From contig JAZSCC010000106.1 of the NCBI GenBank assembly GCA_045602685.1, positions 1 to 38,972 on the forward strand: a stretch of DNA of 38,972 nucleotides, given 5' to 3'. Every line of letters begins with the position of its first letter. Position 1 is the stretch's first letter. The stretch comes from Acutalibacteraceae bacterium (GTDB lineage: Bacteria > Bacillota > Clostridia > Oscillospirales > Acutalibacteraceae). The translations under genes were made by a program, and so were the position numbers. Positions 1 to 9,173 of the stretch are shown in pieces. The notes under the pieces were generated by a model. The model saw only the letters and a list, made by a program, of their open reading frames with translations. It had not been told where the DNA came from and searched no databases.

Positions 1-432
1 TATGCTATGGCGAATCCACTCATCAATGGCACCCTCGGTTGTATCACCGCCGCAAAGATGAAACACCGGCGTCCGTGTATTCCCTGCCGCTATTGCAATA
101 GCCAAGGTTTCATATCGGTCGCCGAGAAGCACGACTGCATCAAACTTTTCGTTCAAGAATAGTTCTGTAAATTTTTCCAAAGCGACAGCTTGATTTTTGG
201 AAATATCAGCTTCACTGTCAGAGGTCACGGGAATTACTATTTCAAAATCAATTCTGTTATTGTCTGAAATGATTTCCTGCTTTGTAAAACCGTATTGTTC
301 ACTCAGATGTGTTCCTGTGACAATAAGAGACACCTTAAAACTATTGTCTTCATATTTTCTGAGTTCGCGAATCAGTTGCGACAAAAGACCGTATTCGGCC
401 CTCGTTGCAGTTACGATTGCTACATTTTTCAT
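1..432 (-). CDS. neuC: UDP/GDP-N-acetylglucosamine 2-epimerase (hydrolysing), NeuC/LegG family. The 3' end is cut by the window edge.
   Basis: My minus-strand translation from the ATG at 432 reads MKNVAIVTATRAEYGLLSQLIRELRK...LLGDRYETLAIAIAAGNTRTPVFHLCGGDTTEGAIDEWIRHSI, a typical hydrolysing 2-epimerase N-terminus. The frame is open to position 1. The ATG overlaps the neuB stop codon (ATGA at 429-432). Confidence 0.85.
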   Translation of the reverse strand, partial: MKNVAIVTATRAEYGLLSQLIRELRKYEDNSFKVSLIVTGTHLSEQYGFTKQEIISDNNRIDFEIVIPVTSDSEADISKNQAVALEKFTELFLNEKFDAVVLLGDRYETLAIAIAAGNTRTPVFHLCGGDTTEGAIDEWIRHSI

Positions 433-1424
433 AGTTCTATCATCTCGTCTTCCGTAAAATCGCGAATGGCTTTTTCCCCGATAACTTCAGCCCACCGCAT
501 CGGAGAAATTCCGTTGCCCGGACGTTTTGTTGTTATATTTTCTTCGGTGAAAATCTCACCTTTTTTAATGTGCTTTTTAGCCACAATGCTTTTCCTTGCA
601 ACAGACTTATTGCCTTTTTCGGAATCGGTCACTCTTTTTTCGCTGTTCCCCAATGCAACTTCAATATGTCTTATGGCATCAACCATATTTTTAAGCTCAT
701 TGGGTTCAAGGCTTGCTTTATGGTCAGGACCTTCCATTGTTTTATCCAAGGTAAAATGCTTTTCGATTACCTCTGCCCCTAAAGCCACCGCTGCAACAGG
801 AACTTCTGTTCCGTTTGTATGGTCAGAATAACCGACCTTAACATCATATCTTTCTTTAAGAGTATTCATTGCCAAAAGATTTACATCTTCGTAAGGCGTG
901 GGATACTGAGTATTACAATGAAGCAACGTTATCTCATCACATCCGTTGGTTTTGAGAAGTTTTATTGCCTCATCAATTTCATTAAGTTCACTCATTCCGG
1001 TTGACAAAACAACCGGCTTGCCGGTTTTTGCAATTTCAACAAGGTACGGATAGTTGGTAATTTCCCCCGATGGAACCTTCCAAAACCTGACAAGGTTACT
1101 CAAAAAATGTATACTTTCTATATCAAAAGGTGTAGAAAGAAACTCTATACCAACTTCTTTACAATAGTCCGACAATTCCAAAAACGCTTCATTAGGCAAG
1201 AGCAGTTTAGACAGCATCTCCTTTTGAGATTCTGTCTTGCCGATATTTTTCTTTTGATATTCCGCCATTTCGGCAAATTGAGAAACTAAAGAAGAAAGCT
1301 TTGCCGTTTGAAACTTAACAATATCTGCACCTGCAGTTTTAGCGGCTCTAATCAAGGCCTTTGCTGTTTCTATATCACCGTTGTGATTGACGCCGGCTTC
1401 GGCTATAATTAATGTTTTATTCAT
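429..1424 (-). CDS. neuB: Nonulosonic acid synthase, NeuB family (N-acetylneuraminate/legionaminic acid synthase; LegI-like role inferred)
   Basis: 331 aa. The N-terminus IIAEAGVNHNGDIETAKALIRAAKTAGADIVKFQT is the NeuB signature. The C-terminal region (KSIVAKKHIKKGEIFTEENITTKRPGNGISP) looks like a SAF domain. Confidence 0.92.
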   Translation of the reverse strand: MNKTLIIAEAGVNHNGDIETAKALIRAAKTAGADIVKFQTAKLSSLVSQFAEMAEYQKKNIGKTESQKEMLSKLLLPNEAFLELSDYCKEVGIEFLSTPFDIESIHFLSNLVRFWKVPSGEITNYPYLVEIAKTGKPVVLSTGMSELNEIDEAIKLLKTNGCDEITLLHCNTQYPTPYEDVNLLAMNTLKERYDVKVGYSDHTNGTEVPVAAVALGAEVIEKHFTLDKTMEGPDHKASLEPNELKNMVDAIRHIEVALGNSEKRVTDSEKGNKSVARKSIVAKKHIKKGEIFTEENITTKRPGNGISPMRWAEVIGEKAIRDFTEDEMIEL

Positions 1425-2052
1425 CCTTTTGCCTTCTTATCACTGTCAGTTTGTTTTTAACAATAACAGAATTCTCTATATTTTCGGTTATAAGTGCTCC
1501 TGCAGCAACAATTGAATCGTTACCTATTGAAAGATTCTGAAGAACCGTGGAATTGGCGCCGACAAAACAGCCCGAACCGACACTGACCGTTCCGCATAAC
1601 ACCGCACCTACGGCAATGTGGGTAAACTCTCCGACTACACATTCATGCTCTATTAAAGCTTTAGTATTGACAATTGCCATTTTACCGATTTTTGCCTCGG
1701 TATTAACAACCGCCAGTTTTCCTACAAAAGTACCTTCCCCTATTTCGGCAGTTTCACTAACCACTGCCGACGGGTCAATTATTACGGGCAGTGTATATCC
1801 TATTGCCTTTAATTCAGAATATATATTTTGTCTGATTCTGCCTTTTCCGAGATAACCGATACATATTGCCGCATTTTTTACGCCTTTTTTAAAGAAATCC
1901 TTTAAAACTCCGTCATTTCCCAAATAGGCATATTTACTCACGTGTTCTTTAATATCTGTATATCCGATTATTCGGTATTTGCCCTGTCTTTCAATACAAT
2001 CAGCCATGCTTTTAGCATGCCCACCGTATCCGACCAAAATCAAATCTTCCAT
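1417..2052 (-). CDS. Hexapeptide-repeat sugar N/O-acetyltransferase, NeuD/PglD family (LegH-like role inferred)
   Basis: The N-terminal Rossmann-like segment LILVGYGGHAKS is followed by left-handed beta-helix repeats (IGEGTFVG...IGKMAIVN...VGSGCFVGANSTV). I prefer the start at M25 (MEDLILVG, ATG at 2052). The longer ORF to 2124 would overlap the upstream gene by about 70 nt. Confidence 0.85.
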   Translation of the reverse strand: MEDLILVGYGGHAKSMADCIERQGKYRIIGYTDIKEHVSKYAYLGNDGVLKDFFKKGVKNAAICIGYLGKGRIRQNIYSELKAIGYTLPVIIDPSAVVSETAEIGEGTFVGKLAVVNTEAKIGKMAIVNTKALIEHECVVGEFTHIAVGAVLCGTVSVGSGCFVGANSTVLQNLSIGNDSIVAAGALITENIENSVIVKNKLTVIRRQKDE

Positions 2053-2056
2053 CTTT

Positions 2057-3097
2057 TTATTCTCCGTACAATCTAATACGCATTTTTTCAAGTTCCTCGA
2101 GCTGTCCCATATCAAGCCAATCATTTTGGCTCACAGGGTATGCCGCAACCTTACGGCCTTTTTTCTTCTGAAGCTCTATAATTTCCGGGAAGCCTATGGG
2201 AACATCTCCTTCAATATCAGCCAAAACTTCAGGCTCCACCACATACATTCCGGTATTCGTCTGGAAAGAAAACTCAGGCTTTTCCTTCATAGCCGTAATC
2301 TCGCCATTTTCACCCGTTTCAATTACACCGTAAGGAATAGTCACGGTTTTATATGCGCAAACCATGGTTACCGCGTTATGATTTTCTTTGTGGAAACGGA
2401 GAATATCATCATAATCAGCCATAATCATGATATCACAGTTAGTTAAGAAGAAGGTTTTATCAACCGAGCCCTTGAGCATAGAAAGTCCGCCTCCGGTTCC
2501 GAGCGGTTTAGGCTCGTCATACCAAAACGTGTTGTATGTACGCTCATTTTCCGAAAAATATGCTTTAATTAACTGCTTTTTATGATTTACGATAAGATGA
2601 AAATCATTGCAATTGTATTTTGCAAAGTGTTGCATAATATGCTCGATAACCGGTAGGTCACCGACCGGAATTAACGGTTTGGGGAGAATTTTTGTATACG
2701 GCTCAAGCCGTGTTCCTTTACCGCCTGCCATAATGACAACCGGAATGTCCAAACTCGGATATTCTGCTTCATTTTTTTCGTTCGGGAAAACAACGTCCTT
2801 TACCGTGCCGTCTGCCAAGACAACCGGCACAGAGGCATAATGTAAGTTTTCAATAAGCGATATTGCCTGTTCCCGACTACTTGCTACTTGCGGATTTTTA
2901 AACATAGCAAGAGCGACGCTCATATCCATTGTTCCGCCTGATAAAAGATACCGGCGAAGGTCACCGTCAGATAAAGAACCGAGCAATTTATTGTTTTTTG
3001 TAACAAACAGTATTTTCTTGGCAGTCTCATCAAGTTGCTTCATTGCATCCCTTACGCACTTATCACAATCGATGCAATATTTTTGAAAATCATTCAT
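2057..3097 (-). CDS. CBS-domain nucleotidyltransferase (PtmE-like sugar-1-phosphate guanylyl/nucleotidyltransferase)
   Basis: 346 aa. The N-terminal CBS pair (LFVTKNNKLLGSLSDGDLRRYL; VPVVLADGTVKDVV) precedes the NTP-transferase motif VIMAGGKGTRLEPYTKILPKPLIPV. This architecture matches the GDP-GlcNAc-forming enzyme of the legionaminic acid pathway. Confidence 0.8.
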   Translation of the reverse strand: MNDFQKYCIDCDKCVRDAMKQLDETAKKILFVTKNNKLLGSLSDGDLRRYLLSGGTMDMSVALAMFKNPQVASSREQAISLIENLHYASVPVVLADGTVKDVVFPNEKNEAEYPSLDIPVVIMAGGKGTRLEPYTKILPKPLIPVGDLPVIEHIMQHFAKYNCNDFHLIVNHKKQLIKAYFSENERTYNTFWYDEPKPLGTGGGLSMLKGSVDKTFFLTNCDIMIMADYDDILRFHKENHNAVTMVCAYKTVTIPYGVIETGENGEITAMKEKPEFSFQTNTGMYVVEPEVLADIEGDVPIGFPEIIELQKKKGRKVAAYPVSQNDWLDMGQLEELEKMRIRLYGE

Positions 3098-4263
3098 TTT
3101 ACTTCTTCCTTAATGCATTTTATAACCGTGTCAACGTCTTCTTCGGTAAGATTGGTACTGCACGGAACATTTACAATGTGGTTATGATAATACTTTGCCT
3201 TTTCAATTTTGTATGTTCGGCTGTTTTCATACGGCTTTTGTTCGTGAATAAGTCCCCAAATAGGTCTGCATTGAATTTTTTTATCATTTAAGCAGGTTAT
3301 CATTTTATCCCTGTCAAGCGGATACGGAGAATCGCAGAAAACAGAATAGAACCAACAATTACTGCGAATGCCGTCTCTGAAGCCAAGCATACTCAAGCCG
3401 TCAATTTGAGGGATTTGTTTTAAATAATGCTCATAATTACGCCTTTTTATTTCAATAAAGCCCTCAAGCTGTTCCATTTGAGCAAGACCAAGCGCAGCTT
3501 GAAGATTTGTAAGCCGATAATTATATCCTATTTCATCATGGACAAAATAAAGTACATCGGCTTTGGCTTGAGTTGTAAGGTGCTTTGCTTTGGCAAGCAG
3601 GTCCTCATTATGAGACACCATCATTCCGCCGCCGCCCGTTGTAATGATTTTATTACCGTTGAAGGAATAAACTCCTATGTCACCGATTGTTCCTGCAAAT
3701 CGGTTGGCGTAAACGCCTTTTGTATATTTTGTGCCCAACGCTTCGGTAGAATCCTCAACAACCTTAAAGCAGTATTCTTTTGCAAGTGACATGATTTTTT
3801 CCATGTCAGCCATATTACCGAAAACGTGGACAACAACAATTGCCGGAATTTTTTTACCTGTTGTACTGTGATACAGTGCATTATCGCGCACTTCACATTC
3901 TTCTTTTAAGAATTGTTCAAGCTTAACAGGGTCCATACAGAGCGAATCGTCACAATCCATAAAGACAGGTTCTGCGCCGATATACTTTACGGGGTTTACT
4001 GCCGCAATAAAAGTAAGTGTCGGAACAAGCACCATATCTTCTTTTGTAACACTGCATAGCATAAGTGCAATGTGGAGTCCCGACGTACCGCTTTGACAGG
4101 CGACCGCACCGGGAGTACCTACATAATCTGCGACACTTTTTTCAAAATCCGAAACGTAAGTACCGACGGTTGACACCCACTCAGTCTCAACCGCATGGGT
4201 TACATATTGAAGCTCATTTCCTTTAAGATTGGGAACTGACAATGGAATGAATTTGTTTTCCAT
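3094..4263 (-). CDS. DegT/DnrJ/EryC1/StrS-family PLP-dependent sugar aminotransferase (LegC/PglE-like)
   Basis: 389 aa with family-typical segments: IPLSVPNLKGNELQYV, ACQSGTSGLHIAL and GVYSFNGNKIITTGGGGMMV (the lysine in NGNK would be the PLP lysine). Its stop overlaps the downstream start (ATGA at 3094-3097). Confidence 0.9.
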   Translation of the reverse strand: MENKFIPLSVPNLKGNELQYVTHAVETEWVSTVGTYVSDFEKSVADYVGTPGAVACQSGTSGLHIALMLCSVTKEDMVLVPTLTFIAAVNPVKYIGAEPVFMDCDDSLCMDPVKLEQFLKEECEVRDNALYHSTTGKKIPAIVVVHVFGNMADMEKIMSLAKEYCFKVVEDSTEALGTKYTKGVYANRFAGTIGDIGVYSFNGNKIITTGGGGMMVSHNEDLLAKAKHLTTQAKADVLYFVHDEIGYNYRLTNLQAALGLAQMEQLEGFIEIKRRNYEHYLKQIPQIDGLSMLGFRDGIRSNCWFYSVFCDSPYPLDRDKMITCLNDKKIQCRPIWGLIHEQKPYENSRTYKIEKAKYYHNHIVNVPCSTNLTEEDVDTVIKCIKEEVK

Positions 4264-4283
4264 GAATGTATCTTCTTTCTCAA

Positions 4284-5264
4284 TTACAAGTTATAAATAT
4301 CAGGCTTATACTGCTCAAGATTTTCACGCAAGAAAGCAATGGTCTCTGCAATACCTTCTTCAAATGTGTATTTGGGTTTCCAATTAGTCAAACGCATAAT
4401 TTTTTCGTTACTGCCGAGCAAACGGTTGACTTCACTTTTTTCGGGACGAAGCCTTTGCTCGTCACAAATGATTCTCGCATTGGGGTTAATTTGACGAATA
4501 AGCTCGTTTGCAAGGTCGCCAATTGAAATTTCTTTTTGTGTAGCAATATTAATTTCCTCTCCGATTGTTTTGTCGGAAAGATATATTTCACAAAATCCGT
4601 TTGCGGTATCCTTAACATAGTTAAAATCTCTTGTCGGGGTAAGAGAGCCTAATTTGATTTCCTCTTTACCTGACAAAAGCTGTGTGATAATCGTAGGAAT
4701 TACAGCACGTGCAGACTGACGGGGGCCAAAGGTGTTAAACGGACGGACAATCGTTACCGGTACTGAGAAGCTACGGTAAAAAGACTCCGCAAGTCTATCC
4801 GCACCGATTTTGGTTGCAGAATACGGAGACTGTCCCTGAAATGGATGCTTTTCATCAATAGGAACGTATTGTGCAGTACCGTATACCTCTGACGTTGAAG
4901 TTACCAATACTCTGCCTGTCCCCAAATCACGTGCCGCTTGAAGCACATTCAAGGTGCCTTTAATATTTGTATCAACATATGTATCCGGCGAATGATAACT
5001 GAAAGGAATGGCAATTAATGCAGCCAAATGGAACACTGCATCGCAACCGCGCATTGCTTCTCGCACACCGTTAGGGTCACGAACATCGCCCGAAAAAACC
5101 TCAACGTTTTTAAGTATCTCCTTAGGCAGTGTATCCAACCATCCCCAAGTATTAAAAGAGTTATAAAATGAGAATGCTCTTACCTCGTATCCTCTTCTCA
5201 CAAGTTCCTCTGTCAAGTGGCTTCCTATAAATCCGTCTGCTCCGGTCACAAGAATTTTAGCCAT
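4284..5264 (-). CDS. NAD-dependent nucleotide-sugar 4,6-dehydratase/epimerase, extended SDR (LegB-like role inferred)
   Basis: GxxGxxG motif ILVTGADGFIGSHL and catalytic YxxxK in SPYSATKIGAD. The start is taken at MAKILVTG (ATG at 5264, GGGAG upstream). It overlaps the upstream stop by 8 nt. Confidence 0.88.
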   Translation of the reverse strand: MAKILVTGADGFIGSHLTEELVRRGYEVRAFSFYNSFNTWGWLDTLPKEILKNVEVFSGDVRDPNGVREAMRGCDAVFHLAALIAIPFSYHSPDTYVDTNIKGTLNVLQAARDLGTGRVLVTSTSEVYGTAQYVPIDEKHPFQGQSPYSATKIGADRLAESFYRSFSVPVTIVRPFNTFGPRQSARAVIPTIITQLLSGKEEIKLGSLTPTRDFNYVKDTANGFCEIYLSDKTIGEEINIATQKEISIGDLANELIRQINPNARIICDEQRLRPEKSEVNRLLGSNEKIMRLTNWKPKYTFEEGIAETIAFLRENLEQYKPDIYNL

Positions 5265-6654
5265 TTTTCTTTTCTCCCATCTCATTGAAAATTTTTATTA
5301 AGGTATCGCAAATTAAAGAAATATTTTCATTATTCAAATACTTTGATGAAGTAAAATAAATTCCGCCGGGATATATGTTAGAAATATATTCGCACAGATA
5401 CTGCAAAATATCCTCCTTTGCTGCACCCTTATTTTCTTCACGGTATGCGCCAAAGGCCTCGTCAATCTTATAAACACCGGGAGCATTATCAAAATAGATA
5501 CTTCCGCCGATATAGACCGGTTTTCCAAGTATCATTGCTTCCCAACCTGCTGTACCGGTCAAAGTGGTAATTGCCTGTGCGCCCTTAATTAAGGACACTG
5601 ACGGTACCCACGGGGAAAGCATACGGACATTCGGATATTTTTTTAATTGCTTATAAAAATCGTACGGTCTGTGTCCGACAAGTGCATAATGTTCTTTCAC
5701 AAAAAGCACTGTATCGGCCGGAAGACTTTTTGCCCACGAATCTATATAGAAAATCTGCTTTTCATATTTTGGCGCACATACAAGAGTCGATGCCTCAGGC
5801 TGATAATGTAACGGAAAGTAAACATATTTTTCATCAGGCACTTTATTTAAATAGAACTTTTTACATCTGATGTACTTAAAAAAGAACATAAACTGACTAA
5901 ACTCTCTGCGGTAAGCGCGATAATTAATCAAATCATATTTATCGTGACAGCTTTTGTCAAAATACATTTTCACGCTTCTTGCGAGTTGTCTTAAATTCAG
6001 TTTAGGCTTACTTTGAACAAGCGCCATTGACTTAGGTTTATCATAATTGTCAAAATAACGGTTATATATTTCTTCTGCTTTTTGGCAGATGTCCTCAGAG
6101 TAAGTTTTTGTTTTATAATCCTCATCGAAGCCGTATTGATACTGCAACGGTTCTGTAACAACATAGAAGTTGGTAGTATCAGCCCCTCTTGCCGCCATTA
6201 AGGCAACATACTTTACACCGTAATGCTTAGCAACAAGATATGCAATATACGACTGTGCAGTAGCTATCGTCTCGTCAAAATAGATATTATAATCGCCAAT
6301 ACTGAAAATACTGTCGTAAAATCCGAACATACCACATACAAAACCAATTATTTCCTCATACGAACGGTTTACGAGGAAACGGTCCATATAAATATATTTC
6401 CAAACAGGAGAGGCGTCAAACTTTTTTTCATATTCGCTGAGTTTACCCCTTGAAGCCTCATTCCAATGCTCCTTTATAAAGCCGGGCATATAGCGTAAGT
6501 CGGGGTTAGTTACATTTGACTGTACAACCATTGCATCTTTTTTTGTACATACAACAAACGTGCCTTTAATATCAGAATCCCGACCGTTAAGCTCTTTAAA
6601 TATGAGCGAGCTTGCTTTATCATACGCCGGTCTTGCATTAAAGCATATCTTCAT
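5257..6654 (-). CDS. Capsule-biosynthesis-type (KpsS/LpsZ-like) putative glycosyltransferase; candidate nonulosonic acid transferase
   Basis: 465 aa, soluble. The segment YVYFPLHYQPEASTLVCAP and the C-terminal half (TGTAGWEAMILGKPV) look like a GT-B fold and resemble the capsule polysaccharide biosynthesis family. The family assignment is from memory and is not verified. Confidence 0.5.
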   Translation of the reverse strand: MKICFNARPAYDKASSLIFKELNGRDSDIKGTFVVCTKKDAMVVQSNVTNPDLRYMPGFIKEHWNEASRGKLSEYEKKFDASPVWKYIYMDRFLVNRSYEEIIGFVCGMFGFYDSIFSIGDYNIYFDETIATAQSYIAYLVAKHYGVKYVALMAARGADTTNFYVVTEPLQYQYGFDEDYKTKTYSEDICQKAEEIYNRYFDNYDKPKSMALVQSKPKLNLRQLARSVKMYFDKSCHDKYDLINYRAYRREFSQFMFFFKYIRCKKFYLNKVPDEKYVYFPLHYQPEASTLVCAPKYEKQIFYIDSWAKSLPADTVLFVKEHYALVGHRPYDFYKQLKKYPNVRMLSPWVPSVSLIKGAQAITTLTGTAGWEAMILGKPVYIGGSIYFDNAPGVYKIDEAFGAYREENKGAAKEDILQYLCEYISNIYPGGIYFTSSKYLNNENISLICDTLIKIFNEMGEKKNG

Positions 6655-6688
6655 ATTAACTTCCTCACACCTTTAAAACACAAAAGTA

Positions 6689-8128
6689 TTATCTTTCATT
6701 TAAAAGCTTTCGTATCTTTTTAAAATAAATCAAAAGCATAACAACTGTAAACACTGCCCCTGAGATTATAAGCTTAAGCCACCAATCAAGTGAAACTGTG
6801 TCTGCCAATTTCATAATAATAATTGCTATCGCAACAGGTATGACACTATTTGAGAGACATTTAAACAAACTGCACTTTGACAGCTTGGTCATTGACACTG
6901 CCAGCATAACTCCGTAAAGTGCATATGAAAGAGTTGTGCCATAGGCCACGTTTTCTATTTGCTCGCCGAAAATAACAACAAACCCTGCCGAAAACACTAC
7001 ATTAAAGACACATAAAATAACTGTATTTCTCAAAAGAAGAACGTTCTTCTTAATTATGGTAAACACATTGCCAAAAAGCATTGAAGAACTGTAAACGGCA
7101 ACACCCATAACAAGAATTTGTGCAGACTGTACGCCTTGTGAATACTGTGGCATTACCAACGATATAAACGGCGGAAGAATGTAGTACCCGCCGATACAGA
7201 CAATACTGGTTACAATACTTAAGGCAAAGGTGTAAACGTTAACCTTTTGTATCATACTTGAGGTGTCCTGTTGACTGCCGTACTGCTGTGCCATTTTAAC
7301 ATAAAACACCGAGGAAAAAGACTGAGGAATAAGCACAAGCGTGCTGAAACCTATGAGTGCAACACTGTATATTCCAAGCTCAGTATATGACATAAATCCG
7401 AGAATCACGAATTTATCAATAGACATCATCATTGTCCAGACAAGACTGTTTATTAAAAGCAAAATTCCGCTTTTAATTAAACTTGATATCTGTTTTGAAT
7501 CCCATACCGGTTTTACCGAGGAAAAATATTTAAAGTATGTAACAACACAGGCAATTAATGACACACCCACTGCAACAAGCAATCCGTAATAGCCAAGCTT
7601 TGGCACAATAAGTAATCCGCACACTGCAAGTGCCCCTGTTTTTACAGCAAGCGAAAGTGACGGGAATTTAAAATGTCCTTCCGATTTCAATGTGTTTTCC
7701 CAAAAGCTGCAAATAATTGTCAAAATGGCAAGAAATGCATTAACAACAAAACCGACATATAGCATGGTATTTATATGCCCTAATTGCCAAATTATTGTCA
7801 AAACCGCTGTCATAATCAATACAACGGCCATATAAATTACATACAGAAAAGTGAACACCGCACTTTTCATATGCGAGGCTTCATCCAACCTCTTTGCGCC
7901 CAAAAGTTGAGGATAATCACGGCTATATGCACTCAACACGCCGAGTTGAAGATAATTCATATACAAAAGCAGCATATTGGCAGTTGTATAAATACCGTAT
8001 TCGTACGGCGGAACATATCTTTTGGTTATGATATTATACACATAGGATATCATATGGCAAATTATCGAGGTTGCAGATATAATCAAATAACTTGATTTGC
8101 CGCTGTTTTTAAACAATTTTTTTAACAT
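6689..8128 (-). CDS. wzx: Wzx-type oligosaccharide flippase (MOP/polysaccharide biosynthesis protein family)
   Basis: 479 aa and highly hydrophobic, with about 12-14 predicted TM segments. Its position inside a glycan locus is typical for this family. Confidence 0.8.
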   Translation of the reverse strand: MLKKLFKNSGKSSYLIISATSIICHMISYVYNIITKRYVPPYEYGIYTTANMLLLYMNYLQLGVLSAYSRDYPQLLGAKRLDEASHMKSAVFTFLYVIYMAVVLIMTAVLTIIWQLGHINTMLYVGFVVNAFLAILTIICSFWENTLKSEGHFKFPSLSLAVKTGALAVCGLLIVPKLGYYGLLVAVGVSLIACVVTYFKYFSSVKPVWDSKQISSLIKSGILLLINSLVWTMMMSIDKFVILGFMSYTELGIYSVALIGFSTLVLIPQSFSSVFYVKMAQQYGSQQDTSSMIQKVNVYTFALSIVTSIVCIGGYYILPPFISLVMPQYSQGVQSAQILVMGVAVYSSSMLFGNVFTIIKKNVLLLRNTVILCVFNVVFSAGFVVIFGEQIENVAYGTTLSYALYGVMLAVSMTKLSKCSLFKCLSNSVIPVAIAIIIMKLADTVSLDWWLKLIISGAVFTVVMLLIYFKKIRKLLNER

Positions 8129-8131
8129 CGT

Positions 8132-9139
8132 TTAACGTTCTTTCTTTTTCAGCATTGCGGTAAGACTTGCACCGGAATCCATCCCGAGCACCTTTTTAAT
8201 GGTTTTTCCGAGTTTTCTTTTGAAACGTTCCTTAAAAGGATAAAGAGTGATTTTGCCGATTTTCTTTTCATAAACAGAATCAAGCTTTACTTCTTCGGGG
8301 TGCTTCAGCGGAAATGTCATCGGAACCGACGGCATACCGCAAAACCTCTTAGTCATTTCATTCTGGAGACTTGTTCCACCGTGCGTTGACAGCTCATCAG
8401 CGCCAATATTTGCAATTTGGTTATTGCAGGGCGATATACCGAACATTCCGTTAGAACGAACGGAATACTCCATTTGAAAATCCCAAGACGATTTATTGAT
8501 ATCGTTATCTACCAGATACTTGGTTTTTAAAATCGCATCCAACATTTGATTACGTAACGGAATATTTTTAAATTCACGGCAGTTATAAGTTTCCTTATAC
8601 CTGGCCATTTTTTTATCGTCATCTAAAGTTTTAAGTTCTGAATCATAGTGTTTTAAATATTTATCCGACCACGATGCCCAACCGCAAGGAAGCATATGTC
8701 TTGTAAACATATAGCTGTATTCAGAAGGATATTCGGCAAGATAGTTAGTACCGCAAATCCAGAGAATTCTGTCATCGGTTTTATATTTTTCCAAAAGTTC
8801 TTCGCAGAACGGGAAAAACGTAATTTCGGGCAGGTTATCGTCTTCAATAAAAATTGCTTTTTCTTCCTGTTCCAAAACCCATTTGGCACCTAAACCGATA
8901 TTTCTCAAAACACCGAGATTTTCATCGGAATAATGATGTATAAGCTCACAATCCCAGGTTATAAGCCTTTCTGCCTCCTTACGGCACTTGTCAGTCTCTG
9001 CTTTTTCCTGTTCATTCCTCGGCCCGTCGGCCAAAATGTACATTTTTTCGGGTTTGACCTCAGCAATTCGTCCTATAATGCGCTCAAGAGTATCGTATCT
9101 TTTGAAAACAAACAACACAACAGGTATTTTAAATCCCAT
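8132..9139 (-). CDS. GT-A fold glycosyltransferase (GNT-I/HlpA-like)
   Basis: The N-terminus IPVVLFVFKRYDTLERIIGRI...MYILADGPRN and the DxD-like motif IFIEDDNLPE fit a GT-A fold. I prefer the ATG at 9139 (MGFKIPVV), which has AAGGA 7 nt upstream, over the GTG at 9157. Confidence 0.7.
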   Translation of the reverse strand: MGFKIPVVLFVFKRYDTLERIIGRIAEVKPEKMYILADGPRNEQEKAETDKCRKEAERLITWDCELIHHYSDENLGVLRNIGLGAKWVLEQEEKAIFIEDDNLPEITFFPFCEELLEKYKTDDRILWICGTNYLAEYPSEYSYMFTRHMLPCGWASWSDKYLKHYDSELKTLDDDKKMARYKETYNCREFKNIPLRNQMLDAILKTKYLVDNDINKSSWDFQMEYSVRSNGMFGISPCNNQIANIGADELSTHGGTSLQNEMTKRFCGMPSVPMTFPLKHPEEVKLDSVYEKKIGKITLYPFKERFKRKLGKTIKKVLGMDSGASLTAMLKKKER

Positions 9140-9173
9140 TTTTATATCCTTTCTCACTTCCGATAAGTGCGAT

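Noticed and set aside
295-831. A 178-aa plus-strand ORF antisense to neuC/neuB
   Set aside because: It is a shadow ORF opposite two strongly supported minus-strand genes and spans their junction. Its composition is low-complexity and Ser/Phe/Leu-rich, and it has no RBS.
1547-2446. Plus-strand ORFs of 102 aa and 155 aa antisense to the acetyltransferase and the CBS-nucleotidyltransferase
   Set aside because: They are antisense shadows of beta-helix and Rossmann coding sequence. They lack an RBS and any recognisable domain.
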